Numbered from the stretch's first letter, positions 20,605 through 30,552 are shown. The stretch is 64,000 bases of DNA from Candidatus Doudnabacteria bacterium (GCA_016199215.1 JACQHB010000009.1:4905-68904); one strand, 5' to 3'. Made by a program: numbers and translations. The notes: generated from the sequence alone by a model not told the origin.

Positions 20605-20704
20605 TGACCCCGTTAGAAATAGCGGTTATTAATTTCTGAACTGGCGGCCTGATCTTTATCTAATATTCTAAACTGTTGATTGCCACGTGCAATTTCTAAC
20701 GGGG
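20605..20704. promoter_or_regulatory. second copy of the CCCGTTAGAAAT / ATTTCTAACGGG inverted-repeat pair, in the tsaE<->DHH-phosphoesterase divergent region
   Basis: gaccccgttagaaat at ~20605-20619 and atttctaacggggttgac at ~20690-20707, the same arms as at 6118/6202. Confidence 0.55.
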
Positions 20705-20746
20705 TTGACAAGATAGGGCAAAAACCATATATTACTAGGCTAATTT

Positions 20747-21880
20747 ATGCAGGAACTAGTCCAACAAGTTATAGACAAGATTTCTACCGGTTCGAATTTC
20801 CTTATACTGCTGCCTCAACAGCCGGACGGAGATGGAATTGGGGCGGCTTTGGCCATGAGAGCTTTTTTGAAAAAAATGGAAAAAGAGGTTACTTTGGTGG
20901 CTCCGGGACTTGGGTTTGAACAGAAGTTTAATTTTCTGCCCGATTTCGGACAAATCCAGACCAACCTTTCAGTTACCAAGAATTTGGTGATCGATGTTTC
21001 AAACAAGCGAGTCCAGATCGAAGAGCTAAGCTATAAGAAGGAGCAGGACCGGCTTTCTATCTATATAAGACCTAAGGCAGGGCAACTGGAACCTTCTGAC
21101 GTTTCATTCCGGAGCTCTAATTTCCCTTTTGAGTATATTGTCTGTTTGGGCATAGCCTCACTTGACCAGTTGGGCGATTTTTATTCCAACAATACGGAAT
21201 TATTTTTTGAAACGCCAATTATTAATATTGACCACTCTGCCACAAATGATAATTATGGGCAGATAAATTTGGTTCGATTAAACTCAACCTCTAATTCTGA
21301 AATTGTTTTTGACTTGATTAATAATTACGAGGGCTCCCTGGTCGACCAAAACATGGCGACCCAATTGCTGACAGGGATCATTACAAAAACCAACAGCTTT
21401 CAGCACGCGCGAACCACTCCAGCCGCGTTTGTCAAAGCCTCCCAGCTGGTCAGCCTCGGAGGCGATCAGCAGGAAATCATCAAACAGCTTTACAAGACCA
21501 AGAGCCTGGGGCTTCTGAAATTATGGGGGCGCGTCCTGGCCCGATTGAAGTTGACTCCCCAGCTGAATCTGGCTTTGTCCGAGATTAATTCTTCGGATAT
21601 CGAAAAAGCCGGGGCTTCCTCAAATGACATCGAGGGGATCATAAAAGAGATGGCTTCAGAGCTTGGGATGGCTAAGATTTTCGCTTTTTTAATTGAAGAG
21701 AGTCCTAATTCAACAATGTGTTTTGTGGCTTCGGCAATTCCTTTGGACCTGGTTTCAGTATTCAAGGTTTTTCATCCAGAACCAAGCGTAAACGGAGTCA
21801 AGTTTAGGGTGAATGGAAACTTGGCTTTTTCTGAAATGCAATTGACCTCACTGCTTCAAGGAGAAACTGACAAAACGTGA
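20747..21880 (+). CDS. DHH/DHHA1 family phosphoesterase (NrnA-like nanoRNase/pAp phosphatase)
   Basis: N-terminal DHH-domain motifs (DGDGIGAALAM; IINIDHSATNDNYG) and a C-terminal DHHA1-like region. Confidence 0.65.
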   Translation: MQELVQQVIDKISTGSNFLILLPQQPDGDGIGAALAMRAFLKKMEKEVTLVAPGLGFEQKFNFLPDFGQIQTNLSVTKNLVIDVSNKRVQIEELSYKKEQDRLSIYIRPKAGQLEPSDVSFRSSNFPFEYIVCLGIASLDQLGDFYSNNTELFFETPIINIDHSATNDNYGQINLVRLNSTSNSEIVFDLINNYEGSLVDQNMATQLLTGIITKTNSFQHARTTPAAFVKASQLVSLGGDQQEIIKQLYKTKSLGLLKLWGRVLARLKLTPQLNLALSEINSSDIEKAGASSNDIEGIIKEMASELGMAKIFAFLIEESPNSTMCFVASAIPLDLVSVFKVFHPEPSVNGVKFRVNGNLAFSEMQLTSLLQGETDKT

Positions 21881-21904
21881 TATACTGTTGGAAGACAGTA
21901 TATT

Positions 21905-23545
21905 ATGCTGACACAAAACGAAAAAGAAACCAGGCTCAAACAGGTTTACCAGCAGCTTGACCGAAAATTTGAAGAAGAAGAAACTCAAAGAAAAGCCAAA
22001 CAGCAAAAAACCCCGTACATTAACTTGTTTGGATTTCCGATTGATTCCGCTGCCCTCGCTCTCCTGACAAAAGCTGAAGCCGAAAGCGCCGGAGCAGTGG
22101 TGTTTTTTAAGGAAGGCAGGAATTTAAAGCTGGGGGTTTTGGAAAAAAACCAGCAGGTCGAGGAAGTGATTAAGAAATTTTCTTCGGAAAGTTATTACGT
22201 CGAGGTTTATTTTATTTCCGAAAGCAGTTATAAGCGCGTCCTTGATTCATATTCAAAAATAGTTTCCACGGACAGGAAATCTCAAGAAATAGAAATCAAC
22301 CAGGCTGTCGAAAACGTCCAGGTTGAGTCCCTCAAGCAGCTGGGGTTGACGCTGGCCAAAACTTCGGCCACCCAGATGATAGACATGATTTTGGGTTCTG
22401 CCCTAAACCTTGACTCGTCCGACATCCATGTGGAGCCCGAAGCCGGAGGGATTAAATTGCGCTACCGAATTGACGGCGTGCTTGCGGACATCACGATTTT
22501 GCCAAAAGAGGCTCACCATCAACTGATTTCCCGGATCAAAATTTTATCCAAACTTAAATTGAACATTATTAAGGCTCCGCAGGACGGCAGCTTCAGCCTT
22601 ACTTATAACAGCCAGCCGGTTGACATTCGGGTTTCAGTCCTGCCCTCCGCCTTCGGCGAATCAGTGGTGATGCGCCTGCTGCGGCAGGACAAGGGAGGCC
22701 TGAAGTTTGAGGAACTGGGAATCGCGGACAACTCCGCTAAAAAATTGTTGGCACAGATGGAGAAGCCCAACGGCATGATTTTGACCACCGGCCCGACCGG
22801 CAGCGGCAAAACCACGACGCTTTACGCTATTTTGAACAAACTAAACGAGCCTGGCGTCAAGATCATAACCTTGGAGGACCCGGTCGAGTATAAGATCACC
22901 GGAATCACCCAGACGCCGGTTGATGCCAGGGCTGGATTGACCTTTGCCGCTGGATTACGGGCAATCTTAAGGCAAGATCCTGACGTGGTTATGGTTGGTG
23001 AAATGCGGGATTTGGAAACTGCGGAAATCGGTTGTCAGGCCGCGCTTACCGGGCATATTGTGCTTTCAACCTTGCACACAAATGACGCGGCTGGCGCAAT
23101 TCCGAGATTGCTTGATTTGGGAGTAAAATCCTTTGTGTTGGCGCCGGCGATTAACGCCGTGATCGCTCAAAGGCTTGTGAGGAAAATTTGTCCTGCCTGC
23201 AAAAAGGAAGCAACGTTAAGCCCCCAGCTTAGAGCGAGGGTCGAGATGATTATTTCCTCAATTCCCAAAAACAGCGGCGCGGTTGTGCCGAAAGAACTGA
23301 AATTCCACCACAGCGAGGGTTGTAAGGCCTGCAAGGGCTTGGGCTATAAAGGACGGATTGGGGTTTATGAGATTTTTACGATTAACGACGAAATTGAAAA
23401 ATTGATTTTGAAAGGCGTGACGCATACCGAGGTTCGCGCATCGGCCATTGCCGCGGGTATGGTAACCATGGCCCAGGACGGAATCCTGAAAGCCCTGGCC
23501 GGAATTACTGACGTGGAAGAAGTGTTTAGGGTCACTGAGGAATAA
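21905..23545 (+). CDS. pilB: type IV pilus / type II secretion ATPase (PilB/GspE family)
   Basis: Walker A TGPTGSGKTTTLYA, Asp box, Walker B and a C-terminal tetracysteine zinc motif (CPAC...CKAC). Confidence 0.85.
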   Translation: MLTQNEKETRLKQVYQQLDRKFEEEETQRKAKQQKTPYINLFGFPIDSAALALLTKAEAESAGAVVFFKEGRNLKLGVLEKNQQVEEVIKKFSSESYYVEVYFISESSYKRVLDSYSKIVSTDRKSQEIEINQAVENVQVESLKQLGLTLAKTSATQMIDMILGSALNLDSSDIHVEPEAGGIKLRYRIDGVLADITILPKEAHHQLISRIKILSKLKLNIIKAPQDGSFSLTYNSQPVDIRVSVLPSAFGESVVMRLLRQDKGGLKFEELGIADNSAKKLLAQMEKPNGMILTTGPTGSGKTTTLYAILNKLNEPGVKIITLEDPVEYKITGITQTPVDARAGLTFAAGLRAILRQDPDVVMVGEMRDLETAEIGCQAALTGHIVLSTLHTNDAAGAIPRLLDLGVKSFVLAPAINAVIAQRLVRKICPACKKEATLSPQLRARVEMIISSIPKNSGAVVPKELKFHHSEGCKACKGLGYKGRIGVYEIFTINDEIEKLILKGVTHTEVRASAIAAGMVTMAQDGILKALAGITDVEEVFRVTEE

Positions 23546-23565
23546 TAATTAACTAATAAAAAAAT

Positions 23566-24042
23566 ATGAACAAATTTTTAATTGGGTTTGTTGTTGTGGT
23601 TTTGGCCGGGCTTGGCGTCTTTTATGTCATGACCAAAAAGAGCGGGACGGCAGGCAATACATGGTCCGGGTCAGCTTCGCAACTTTTAACTTCCGGTAAA
23701 GCGCAGAAATGCACTTTTTCGGATTCGGGAGTGCAAGGCGTGGTTTATGTCGCTAATTCAAAAGTCCGCTCCGATTATGAGTCGGAGCAAAACGGTAAAT
23801 CGGTAAAATCTCATTCCATCATGGATGGCAATACGAATTATGTCTGGGTGGAGGGGCAGGACAAAGGCTTTAAAATCACCGCCCAATCTTCCACGCAAAT
23901 TCCAGGCATGGGTTCAACAGGGCCGGGAATCGATATGGAAAAGAAAATGAATTACTCCTGCTCATCTTGGTCAGCTGATAGTTCAAAATTCGTCCCTCCA
24001 GGAAGCGTTCAGTTTATGGACCTGTCTTCTCTGGGCAGATAG
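23566..24042 (+). CDS. N-terminally anchored secreted hypothetical protein
   Basis: Single N-terminal TM/signal segment with no recognisable domains. It is not a type IV prepilin, since the GFTLIE cleavage motif is absent. Confidence 0.4.
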   Translation: MNKFLIGFVVVVLAGLGVFYVMTKKSGTAGNTWSGSASQLLTSGKAQKCTFSDSGVQGVVYVANSKVRSDYESEQNGKSVKSHSIMDGNTNYVWVEGQDKGFKITAQSSTQIPGMGSTGPGIDMEKKMNYSCSSWSADSSKFVPPGSVQFMDLSSLGR

Positions 24043-24048
24043 TACGTT

Positions 24049-24912
24049 ATGCCTTTTTATGTTTTTGCTTGGATTGCCTCGATCTTTTATGGATTGGAAG
24101 TTATCTTAGGCAAGTTCATTAGCAAATATTCGATTAAGAACCCTTGGTTTTTTAATTTTGTTTGGAACTCGATCATTTTACTTGGTCTTGCCATTATTTC
24201 TTTAATAAAAGGCATTTCCTTGCCTGAAGCTTTTGGGAATTTGTTTTTAGCAGGATTTTTCTACGCGCTTGGCAGCATTTTTTACGTCCTAGCTTTATAC
24301 AGGCTGGATATTTCCGTCCTGACTCCTTTGTACAATTTTCGGACCGCCCTGGCGGTTATTTTGGGTGCGATTGTTTTAGGCGAAGTTTTATCTGCCCAAC
24401 AGTATATGCTTGTCGGAGTGGTTTTTGTCGCTGGGATTTTTGTCAGCCTCGATGAAAAATGGAGCATAAAATCATTTTTTAATCGTTCCGTAGCAGTCGC
24501 GTTAGCCGACATGGTTTTCTTGGCATTGATGGCATTATTTACAAACAAGGCTATTAATCAGTTGGATTTTTGGTCGGCAACTTTCTGGATAGCATTTATC
24601 GCTCAAATTTTGCTATTTGCGACCATCCCAATGTTTAGAAAAGAAATCTCTCAAGTTAAAAAAACTCAAATCTTAAGCCTTTCCGCAGTTGCTATTACGG
24701 GAGTTTTTGCAACCTTAGCAGTGAATAAGGCGTATGAATCAAACATCGGGATAACTTCAGTTATAATTTCCGTCCCAATCTCCATGTTTGCCGCTATATT
24801 ATTTTCTTTTTTTAAGCCTGACCTGCTGGAAAAGCATACTATAACAGTTTATGTTGTTAGATTGGTTGCGGCTAGCTTTATGGTCCTGGCAGCGCTGAAA
24901 TTAACCGCGTAA
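24049..24912 (+). CDS. EamA/DMT superfamily transporter
   Basis: About 10 TM helices with the EamA-like repeat (...ALYRLDISVLTPLYNFRTALAVILGAIVLGE). Confidence 0.65.
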   Translation: MPFYVFAWIASIFYGLEVILGKFISKYSIKNPWFFNFVWNSIILLGLAIISLIKGISLPEAFGNLFLAGFFYALGSIFYVLALYRLDISVLTPLYNFRTALAVILGAIVLGEVLSAQQYMLVGVVFVAGIFVSLDEKWSIKSFFNRSVAVALADMVFLALMALFTNKAINQLDFWSATFWIAFIAQILLFATIPMFRKEISQVKKTQILSLSAVAITGVFATLAVNKAYESNIGITSVIISVPISMFAAILFSFFKPDLLEKHTITVYVVRLVAASFMVLAALKLTA

Positions 24913-24973
24913 CCTGTTGGTTGTTTATTCCGCATGATGCGACAGCCAAGCGGTTTTTTGTTATCCTATAAAC

Positions 24974-27256
24974 ATGGAATTCAAGCAAAAATTATTGTTA
25001 ATCGACGGGCACGCGCTGTTTCATCGGGCTTTCCACGCCCTGCCTGCCATGTCCAACAACGAGGGGTTCCCCACTGGAGCGATTTTTGGATTTTTCTCAA
25101 TGTTGTTTAAGGCCTTGGCGGATATAAAACCTACTCATGCTTTGGTTTGCTTTGATGTCCCGGGTGCAACTTTCCGCGACAAGCTAGCCGCTGATTATAA
25201 GGCCACCAGAAAAGCCGCTCCTGACGAACTAACAATGCAGTTGCCGAAAGTCAAAGAGATTCTAGGGGCTTTGGAAATTCCGGTTTATGAAAAACCAGGG
25301 TACGAGGCGGATGACCTGCTTGGGATTATTTCTCATAAAACTCCGAAAGACGTCCTAAACATCATTGTCACCGGGGATTTGGATTTGCTTCAGCTGATCA
25401 ACAACCGCACGCATGTGTATCGATTTAAGATCGGATTTTCTGATATTCAGGTTTTTGATATTGATAAGATGATGGAAGTTTATGGCTTGCATCCTCTCCA
25501 GTGGGTAGATTATAAGGCGATTCGCGGTGATGCTTCGGACAACATTCCGGGTGTGCCGGGAATCGGCGAAAAGGGCGCAATGGATTTGATTAAGCAATTT
25601 GGATCACTGGAGGGAGTATATGAAGCAGTAGGAAGAGGAAGTGATAAGATTAAACCCGGGACGATGAAAAAATTAATAGAGGGGAAAACCAAGGCGTATC
25701 TTTCTTATGATTTAGCAAGAATTGATCAAAAAAATAATTTGGATTTCGATTTTGAAAAAACCAAGCTTGGAGATTATGACCAGAATAAAGTAGCGGATAT
25801 TTTTCAAAGACTTGGAATAAGAGCCTTAATTTCGAGGATGCCCCCGTCTTCCCAAAAACTCACAGCCGCCATTCCCAAACAGACTGAACAAAAATCGAAT
25901 GAGTTAATAAAAACAAAAAAACAGGCTTTGCTCGCGGCTTATCTGTTGAACCCGGGATTGAGGGATTATGAGACCGCAGATTGGGGGAATCTGGCAAAAC
26001 AATTGCAAGAACAGGGACTGTCAAAAATTTATCAAGAGATTGAGGTTCCCCTGATTGAAGTGCTTGAACGAATGGAAAAAAGAGGGGTAAAACTGGATCT
26101 TGACTGGCTTAATGACTTGTCAGTCCGGCTAGACAGCCGGATTAAACAGCTAATAGTCCAGATTCAGGGATTAGCTGGTGAAGAATTTAATATATCCTCT
26201 CCTTTGCAACTGCGCCAAATTTTGTTTGAAAAATTGCGGATCCCGGTTGAGAGTTTAAAAAAGACCAAAAAAACCAAAGCTTTATCAACAGGGGCGGCGG
26301 AATTGGAAAAACTCCGGGGCTTGCATCCAATCGTTGACTTGATTTTTGAATACCGCGAACTGACCAAACTCAAGTCCACTTATGTGGACGCCCTGCCCCT
26401 TTTGGTTTCAAAAAAAGACAGCCGCCTCCATACCAATTACAGCCAAACGGTAGCCGCCACAGGCAGGCTTTCTTCAGCCAATCCCAATTTGCAGAATATT
26501 CCCATACGAACTGACTTGGGAAACGAAGTGCGCAAGGCGTTTGTGGCCGAAAAAGGGAAACTGCTTTTGTCGTTGGACTATTCCCAGATAGAATTACGCA
26601 TCGCGGCTTCGCTGTCAGGTGACCCTGAAATGATCAGGATTTTTAGCAACGGAGTCGATTTCCATACTGCCACCGCGGCCCGGATTTTCAATGTTAAAGA
26701 ACCAGAAGTCACCCCGAGGCAAAGAAGGGACGCAAAGACAATAAACTTCAGCGTGCTTTATGGAGTTTCCGCTTTTGGTTTGTCGGAACGCTCCAATATG
26801 TCGAGGGCCGAGGCCGGGGACCATATCAAAAAATATTATGAAGTTTTTGCAAAGCTCAAAGAATATATTGACGGAGTAATCCAGCAGGCGCACAAGGACG
26901 GATTTGTCAAAAATCCCTTGGGCCGGATCAGATACTTTCCGGATGTTCATTCTCCCAACTGGGGATTGCGGTCTGCCGCTGAGCGGGCCGCGGTGAACAT
27001 GCCAATCCAATCCCTGGCCGCGGATATTTTGAAGATGAGCATGATCGAAATCGACCAAAAGTACAAAGACGATAAGGATCTGGACATGATTCTTACTGTC
27101 CATGATGAATTGGTGTTCGAAGTTAAAAAAGACAAAGAGACGGTTTACGCGCTAGAGCTGAAAAATATTATGGAGTCGGTTTACAAGCTCGAAGTGCCGC
27201 TTGTTTCAGAAGCGAAGATCGGACAGAATTGGTCTGAGATGGAAAAGCTTTTTTAA
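24974..27256 (+). CDS. polA: DNA polymerase I
   Basis: N-terminal 5'-3' exonuclease domain (LLLIDGHALFHRAFHAL), polymerase motif A (LLSLDYSQIELRI), motif B (RRDAKTINFSVLYG) and motif C (VHDELVFEV). Confidence 0.95.
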   Translation: MEFKQKLLLIDGHALFHRAFHALPAMSNNEGFPTGAIFGFFSMLFKALADIKPTHALVCFDVPGATFRDKLAADYKATRKAAPDELTMQLPKVKEILGALEIPVYEKPGYEADDLLGIISHKTPKDVLNIIVTGDLDLLQLINNRTHVYRFKIGFSDIQVFDIDKMMEVYGLHPLQWVDYKAIRGDASDNIPGVPGIGEKGAMDLIKQFGSLEGVYEAVGRGSDKIKPGTMKKLIEGKTKAYLSYDLARIDQKNNLDFDFEKTKLGDYDQNKVADIFQRLGIRALISRMPPSSQKLTAAIPKQTEQKSNELIKTKKQALLAAYLLNPGLRDYETADWGNLAKQLQEQGLSKIYQEIEVPLIEVLERMEKRGVKLDLDWLNDLSVRLDSRIKQLIVQIQGLAGEEFNISSPLQLRQILFEKLRIPVESLKKTKKTKALSTGAAELEKLRGLHPIVDLIFEYRELTKLKSTYVDALPLLVSKKDSRLHTNYSQTVAATGRLSSANPNLQNIPIRTDLGNEVRKAFVAEKGKLLLSLDYSQIELRIAASLSGDPEMIRIFSNGVDFHTATAARIFNVKEPEVTPRQRRDAKTINFSVLYGVSAFGLSERSNMSRAEAGDHIKKYYEVFAKLKEYIDGVIQQAHKDGFVKNPLGRIRYFPDVHSPNWGLRSAAERAAVNMPIQSLAADILKMSMIEIDQKYKDDKDLDMILTVHDELVFEVKKDKETVYALELKNIMESVYKLEVPLVSEAKIGQNWSEMEKLF

Positions 27257-27295
27257 CCAATAGCAATTTTTTTTCCGGCCAATTAGCATGGATGA

Positions 27296-28558
27296 ATGGA
27301 GATAAGAAGTAGAACCTCTTGGAAGGACCAACTTAAAGAAAATTTGTTTCCTAAACTAGAGCAAGATTTAACCGCTGACGTTGTTATTATTGGCGGGGGA
27401 TTAGCTGGAATTATCTCCGGCTATTTTTTGGTTTTGGAAGGGAAAAGAGTGGTTTTGCTTGAGGAAAGAAAGGCTCTGGGATCGTTTGCAACCGGGCACA
27501 CGACAGCTTTTTTGACAGGGGTGATTGATACTAATCTTGTAACTTTAGCGGAAATGTTTGGAGAAGAAAGAGCGGCAAAAGTTTGGCAATCGGGGCTTGC
27601 ATCCATAGATGAATTTGAAAGGATTATAGAAAAGGAAAAAATTGATTGCGAGTTTATGCGCTGCCCTTATTTTGATTATGCAAATAACCCCAAACAGTTT
27701 TCAAGTCTTGAAAAGGAACACGAAATTGCGTCAAAGCTGGGTTTTCAAACCTCTCTTAGCAGGACTAATGATTTAAGTTTTCCTAATTTTGGTTATTTAA
27801 AAATGGAGGAGCAGGCAAAGTTTGATCCGCTCAAGTTTTTAAACCAGCTGGCAAACAAAGCAAAAAATTTGGGACTGAAGATTTTTGCCGATTCAGAAGT
27901 GATTGGAATTGACCGAGGCCGCCTAATTACCGCAAAGACTCAAAACGGAAGCGTTAAGGCAGAAAAATTAATTGTTGCCACATACCAGCCATTTGATAAC
28001 CGAGGCACCTGGTTTAAAAAAGGAATGTATCGCAGTTATGTGTTTGAAATCAACTTGGCTCCCGGTCAGATTGCGGAAGGCCTATACGTGGATGGCGATA
28101 ACCCTTACCACTACTTCCGGATTGATAGATTGGGCGAATATGACAGGATGATTATTGGGGGCGAGGACCATCGGAAAGAATTTAAAACTGACAGAATGAA
28201 ACAAAAATCTTTTCGGCTTCTTTCCGATTACGCCAAAAATATTTTAAGAGGCAAAACCCACGAATTTGTGCGTAAATGGGATGGTCCGATTTTGGAGCCA
28301 ATAGACGGGGTTGCTTTAATCGGCTCGGTTGAACCTAATGAATTTGTTGCTACTGGTTTTTCTGGCAACGGCATGACTTACTCTATGATCTCCGGACTTA
28401 TTTTCTGCGACCTTGTTTTGAATAGGGAAAATCCTTGGGTAGAATTATATAATCCCAAAAGAATCCCAGGATTCTCCCAACTTGCAAAAAAGGGCAGGGA
28501 TTATTTAGGAGAATTTTTTGGAGGCCCCTTGTTCAGAAGCCCAAAACCTGCGTATTAA
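27296..28558 (+). CDS. FAD-dependent oxidoreductase (DadA/glycine-oxidase-like)
   Basis: Dinucleotide-binding motif VVIIGGGLAGIISGYFL at the N-terminus; 420 aa. Confidence 0.6.
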   Translation: MEIRSRTSWKDQLKENLFPKLEQDLTADVVIIGGGLAGIISGYFLVLEGKRVVLLEERKALGSFATGHTTAFLTGVIDTNLVTLAEMFGEERAAKVWQSGLASIDEFERIIEKEKIDCEFMRCPYFDYANNPKQFSSLEKEHEIASKLGFQTSLSRTNDLSFPNFGYLKMEEQAKFDPLKFLNQLANKAKNLGLKIFADSEVIGIDRGRLITAKTQNGSVKAEKLIVATYQPFDNRGTWFKKGMYRSYVFEINLAPGQIAEGLYVDGDNPYHYFRIDRLGEYDRMIIGGEDHRKEFKTDRMKQKSFRLLSDYAKNILRGKTHEFVRKWDGPILEPIDGVALIGSVEPNEFVATGFSGNGMTYSMISGLIFCDLVLNRENPWVELYNPKRIPGFSQLAKKGRDYLGEFFGGPLFRSPKPAY

Positions 28559-28559
28559 A

Positions 28560-28588
28560 AAATCCCGCTACTAAGCGGGATTTATATT
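28560..28588. terminator. bidirectional hairpin terminator (aaatcccgct-acta-agcgggattt) between the oxidoreductase gene and rpsT
   Basis: Perfect 10-bp stem seen in the sequence between convergent genes. Confidence 0.65.
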
Positions 28589-28589
28589 A

Positions 28590-28850
28590 TTATTTTTTAG
28601 AAACCAGTTTAGTCAATCTGGCCTTTAATCTCGAGGCCTTATTTTTATGAATCACATTCTTTTTGGCCGCTTTATCAAGGGCAGAGAAAGCTTGGTTTAA
28701 GGCTTTTTTTGCATCCTCGATTTTGCCAGAGGTTGCCAGTTTTTTTACCTGCTTGGTGGTTTTTTTTATCTTTTCGAGGACCGCAAGGTTTACTACTCTG
28801 CGCTTTAAACTTTGTCGTGCAGCTTTGATTGCGGATTTAGTATTTGGCAT
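28590..28850 (-). CDS. rpsT: 30S ribosomal protein S20
   Basis: MPNTKSAIKAARQSLKRRVVN... is a typical S20, 86 aa. Confidence 0.9.
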   Translation of the reverse strand: MPNTKSAIKAARQSLKRRVVNLAVLEKIKKTTKQVKKLATSGKIEDAKKALNQAFSALDKAAKKNVIHKNKASRLKARLTKLVSKK

Positions 28851-28938
28851 ATGGGAGTAAAAAGTAAAAGGTTAAAAGTTAAAAGATATTGACCAGAGCG
28901 ACACTTTGCCTGATCAGCCTAAAGATAATACCACGACC

Positions 28939-28967
28939 TTGACAAATGGTCAAAAAGGGAGTATATT
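28939..28967 (+). promoter_or_regulatory. consensus sigma70-type promoter upstream of the DGR target gene
   Basis: TTGACA (28939-28944), a 17-bp spacer, then TATATT (28962-28967), read directly. A strong RBS (AGGAGGA) lies 8 nt before the 29048 ATG. Confidence 0.6.
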
Positions 28968-29047
28968 ATATGGTCAAAATGAGAAGGTAGATTATCTCAT
29001 TTACCGAAGTCTGGCGGTTTCCAGGCTAACACCAGGAGGATGCGCCG

Positions 29048-29662
29048 ATGGCCAAAGCCATTGCCCCGTCCGTGTCAGTGGAACAGTCCGAATCGAAGAT
29101 CGCTGGTTTGCTCGATCAGCTCAAGGCGGTCATTCGTCACTCAGGTCTCAACGACGACCAGCTTCAGGCGATTCGCGACAGCGGCCGACTGCCGGTTGAT
29201 TTCGAACCGGTGTTTGCCAAACTCGCAGCCGTGGTCTGCAATGCGATCCGGCTGACGATCTCGACCGTGAAGGCCTTCGAGAAGCCGAGCTGGATGAAGC
29301 GTCTCGTTCGCGGCAACGACCCAGTCACGCCTGGCATCTACGAGTACACCTTCGAAGGATTCCTTCGCGAAGGTGAAGAGTCGGTCAAGGGCGATGAGAT
29401 GGTCGCTCGAGCCAAGGCGTCAGGTGCTTACTCGGGATTGCAGCACGCGCTGTACTTCCTGGACAACCAGCACCTCATTCCGGAGGAGTTCAGGGACAAG
29501 AAATACTTGATCTTTGCCGACACAGAGGCGCTCAACTCCAACGACCGCAGCGATGTGGCCTGCCTCGCGTGGGGCGGCCTCCAGTGGATTCTGTACTGGC
29601 GCTTGCTTGTGGATGACTTTAACCGGAACGATCTGCTCGTTCGCGCCCGCAAGGTCCAGTAG
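29048..29662 (+). CDS. DGR target (variable) protein, 204 aa, with the variable repeat at its C-terminus; no signal peptide and no recognisable domain
   Basis: Its last ~126 bp are repeated with adenine-specific differences ~500 bp downstream (the TR). The gene is visibly GC-rich relative to all flanking genes. Confidence 0.8.
   Translation: MAKAIAPSVSVEQSESKIAGLLDQLKAVIRHSGLNDDQLQAIRDSGRLPVDFEPVFAKLAAVVCNAIRLTISTVKAFEKPSWMKRLVRGNDPVTPGIYEYTFEGFLREGEESVKGDEMVARAKASGAYSGLQHALYFLDNQHLIPEEFRDKKYLIFADTEALNSNDRSDVACLAWGGLQWILYWRLLVDDFNRNDLLVRARKVQ
29527..29652 (+). repeat. DGR variable repeat (VR) with an IMH-like invariant 3' segment
   Basis: Aligns with the TR at 30029-30154, and 15 of 16 mismatches sit at TR adenines. 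The 3' 35 nt (gactttaaccggaacgatctgctcgttcgcgcccg) are identical in both copies. The VR ends 10 bp before the stop codon. Confidence 0.85.
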
Positions 29663-30028
29663 TCCTCGGCACCTTGGGTCCTTTGTTCTTGGACCCTTGG
29701 GTTCTTGGGAGCCTCACGATTTCGATTCAATTCGATTCGTGGGCTCCTTTTCATTTCCGCCTTCGTCAAGACTTCGGCGGACAGGTTGCTAATATGATAA
29801 AATTACTTTAGATAAATTTGAAAATATCTGCGAGTATTGCTTTCAGATTGTTTATCTCGCACTGTCAGAATGCCAGAGTGTCTTAAGTTTACTTAAGATA
29901 GAGTGCTATCTGACAAGAAGATTCCATAGGAACTTGGTGTATGGTATTAGAGGATTTGCAGGATCCCGAATTAAATACAGCCTTAAGAGTATTCGAGAGG
30001 TGGTGTTAACGGATGATACTGTGCACAT

Positions 30029-30154
30029 GGCGCTCAACTCCAACGACAACAGCAATGTGGCCTACCTCAAGTGGGACGGCAACCAGTGGATTCTGAACTG
30101 GAACTGGCTTGAGAATGACTTTAACCGGAACGATCTGCTCGTTCGCGCCCGAAA
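30029..30154 (+). other. DGR template repeat (TR), non-coding and rich in AAC/AAT codons in the VR frame
   Basis: See the VR entry. The TR contains aac or aat at every position that differs in the VR. The ORF-track ORF 29934-30251 is just this template read as protein. Confidence 0.85.
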
Positions 30155-30180
30155 CTTCCGTGGATACAAAAACTCCTCCC

Positions 30181-30510
30181 TTAATTGGGAGGAGTTTGTT
30201 TGCCGATTTGTTTTTGCCAGCCACCAAGTTGCCGGCCGACTTCGCCTATAACAACTGTCAATTCGGATAAAGTTTTGTCATCAACCGTTTTTAATTCAAT
30301 AGCTGTTTGAAGAAAGTATTTCAGCAAATCTAATTTAATACTCGCTTTTTTGAGAATTATTGATTTTTGTTCCTTTTCAGAATAGCCTGCTATCAAAATC
30401 AATTCTGTAAGCTCGATAAATAAATTTGTTATTTTTTCCCCTAAAGAATAACGAATAAGTCTTGGAATGCGTGGCAGATGGTTAATCCAGATTTTGAATG
30501 CTATCGACAA
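30181..30510 (-). CDS. avd: DGR accessory variability determinant (Avd-like four-helix-bundle protein)
   Basis: About 109 aa with the near-C-terminal ...ELTVVIGEVGRQLGGWQKQ... segment and the ELILIAGYS segment resembling the Avd / four-helix-bundle family. TTG start. It sits between the TR and the RT but on the opposite strand. Confidence 0.7.
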   Translation of the reverse strand: MSIAFKIWINHLPRIPRLIRYSLGEKITNLFIELTELILIAGYSEKEQKSIILKKASIKLDLLKYFLQTAIELKTVDDKTLSELTVVIGEVGRQLGGWQKQIGKQTPPN

Positions 30511-30552
30511 TTTCTGAATTATGGGCAGATTTAAAGTGTCGAAATTTCCGTT

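Noticed and set aside
23566-24042. Pilin-like protein downstream of pilB
   Set aside because: It has an N-terminal hydrophobic segment but lacks the G/FTLIE prepilin peptidase motif. Kept as a generic anchored hypothetical.
28906-29255. Two overlapping alternative-frame ORFs (97 aa and 71 aa) across the DGR target start
   Set aside because: They are alternative frames of a GC-rich gene with Arg/Pro/Ser/Gly-rich translations. The 29048 frame has the RBS and carries the VR in frame with its stop.
29934-30251. ORF-track ORF of 105 aa whose C-terminus resembles the end of the 204-aa protein
   Set aside because: It is the DGR template repeat read as protein (strings of Asn codons). It has no RBS or plausible N-terminus and should be treated as non-coding TR.
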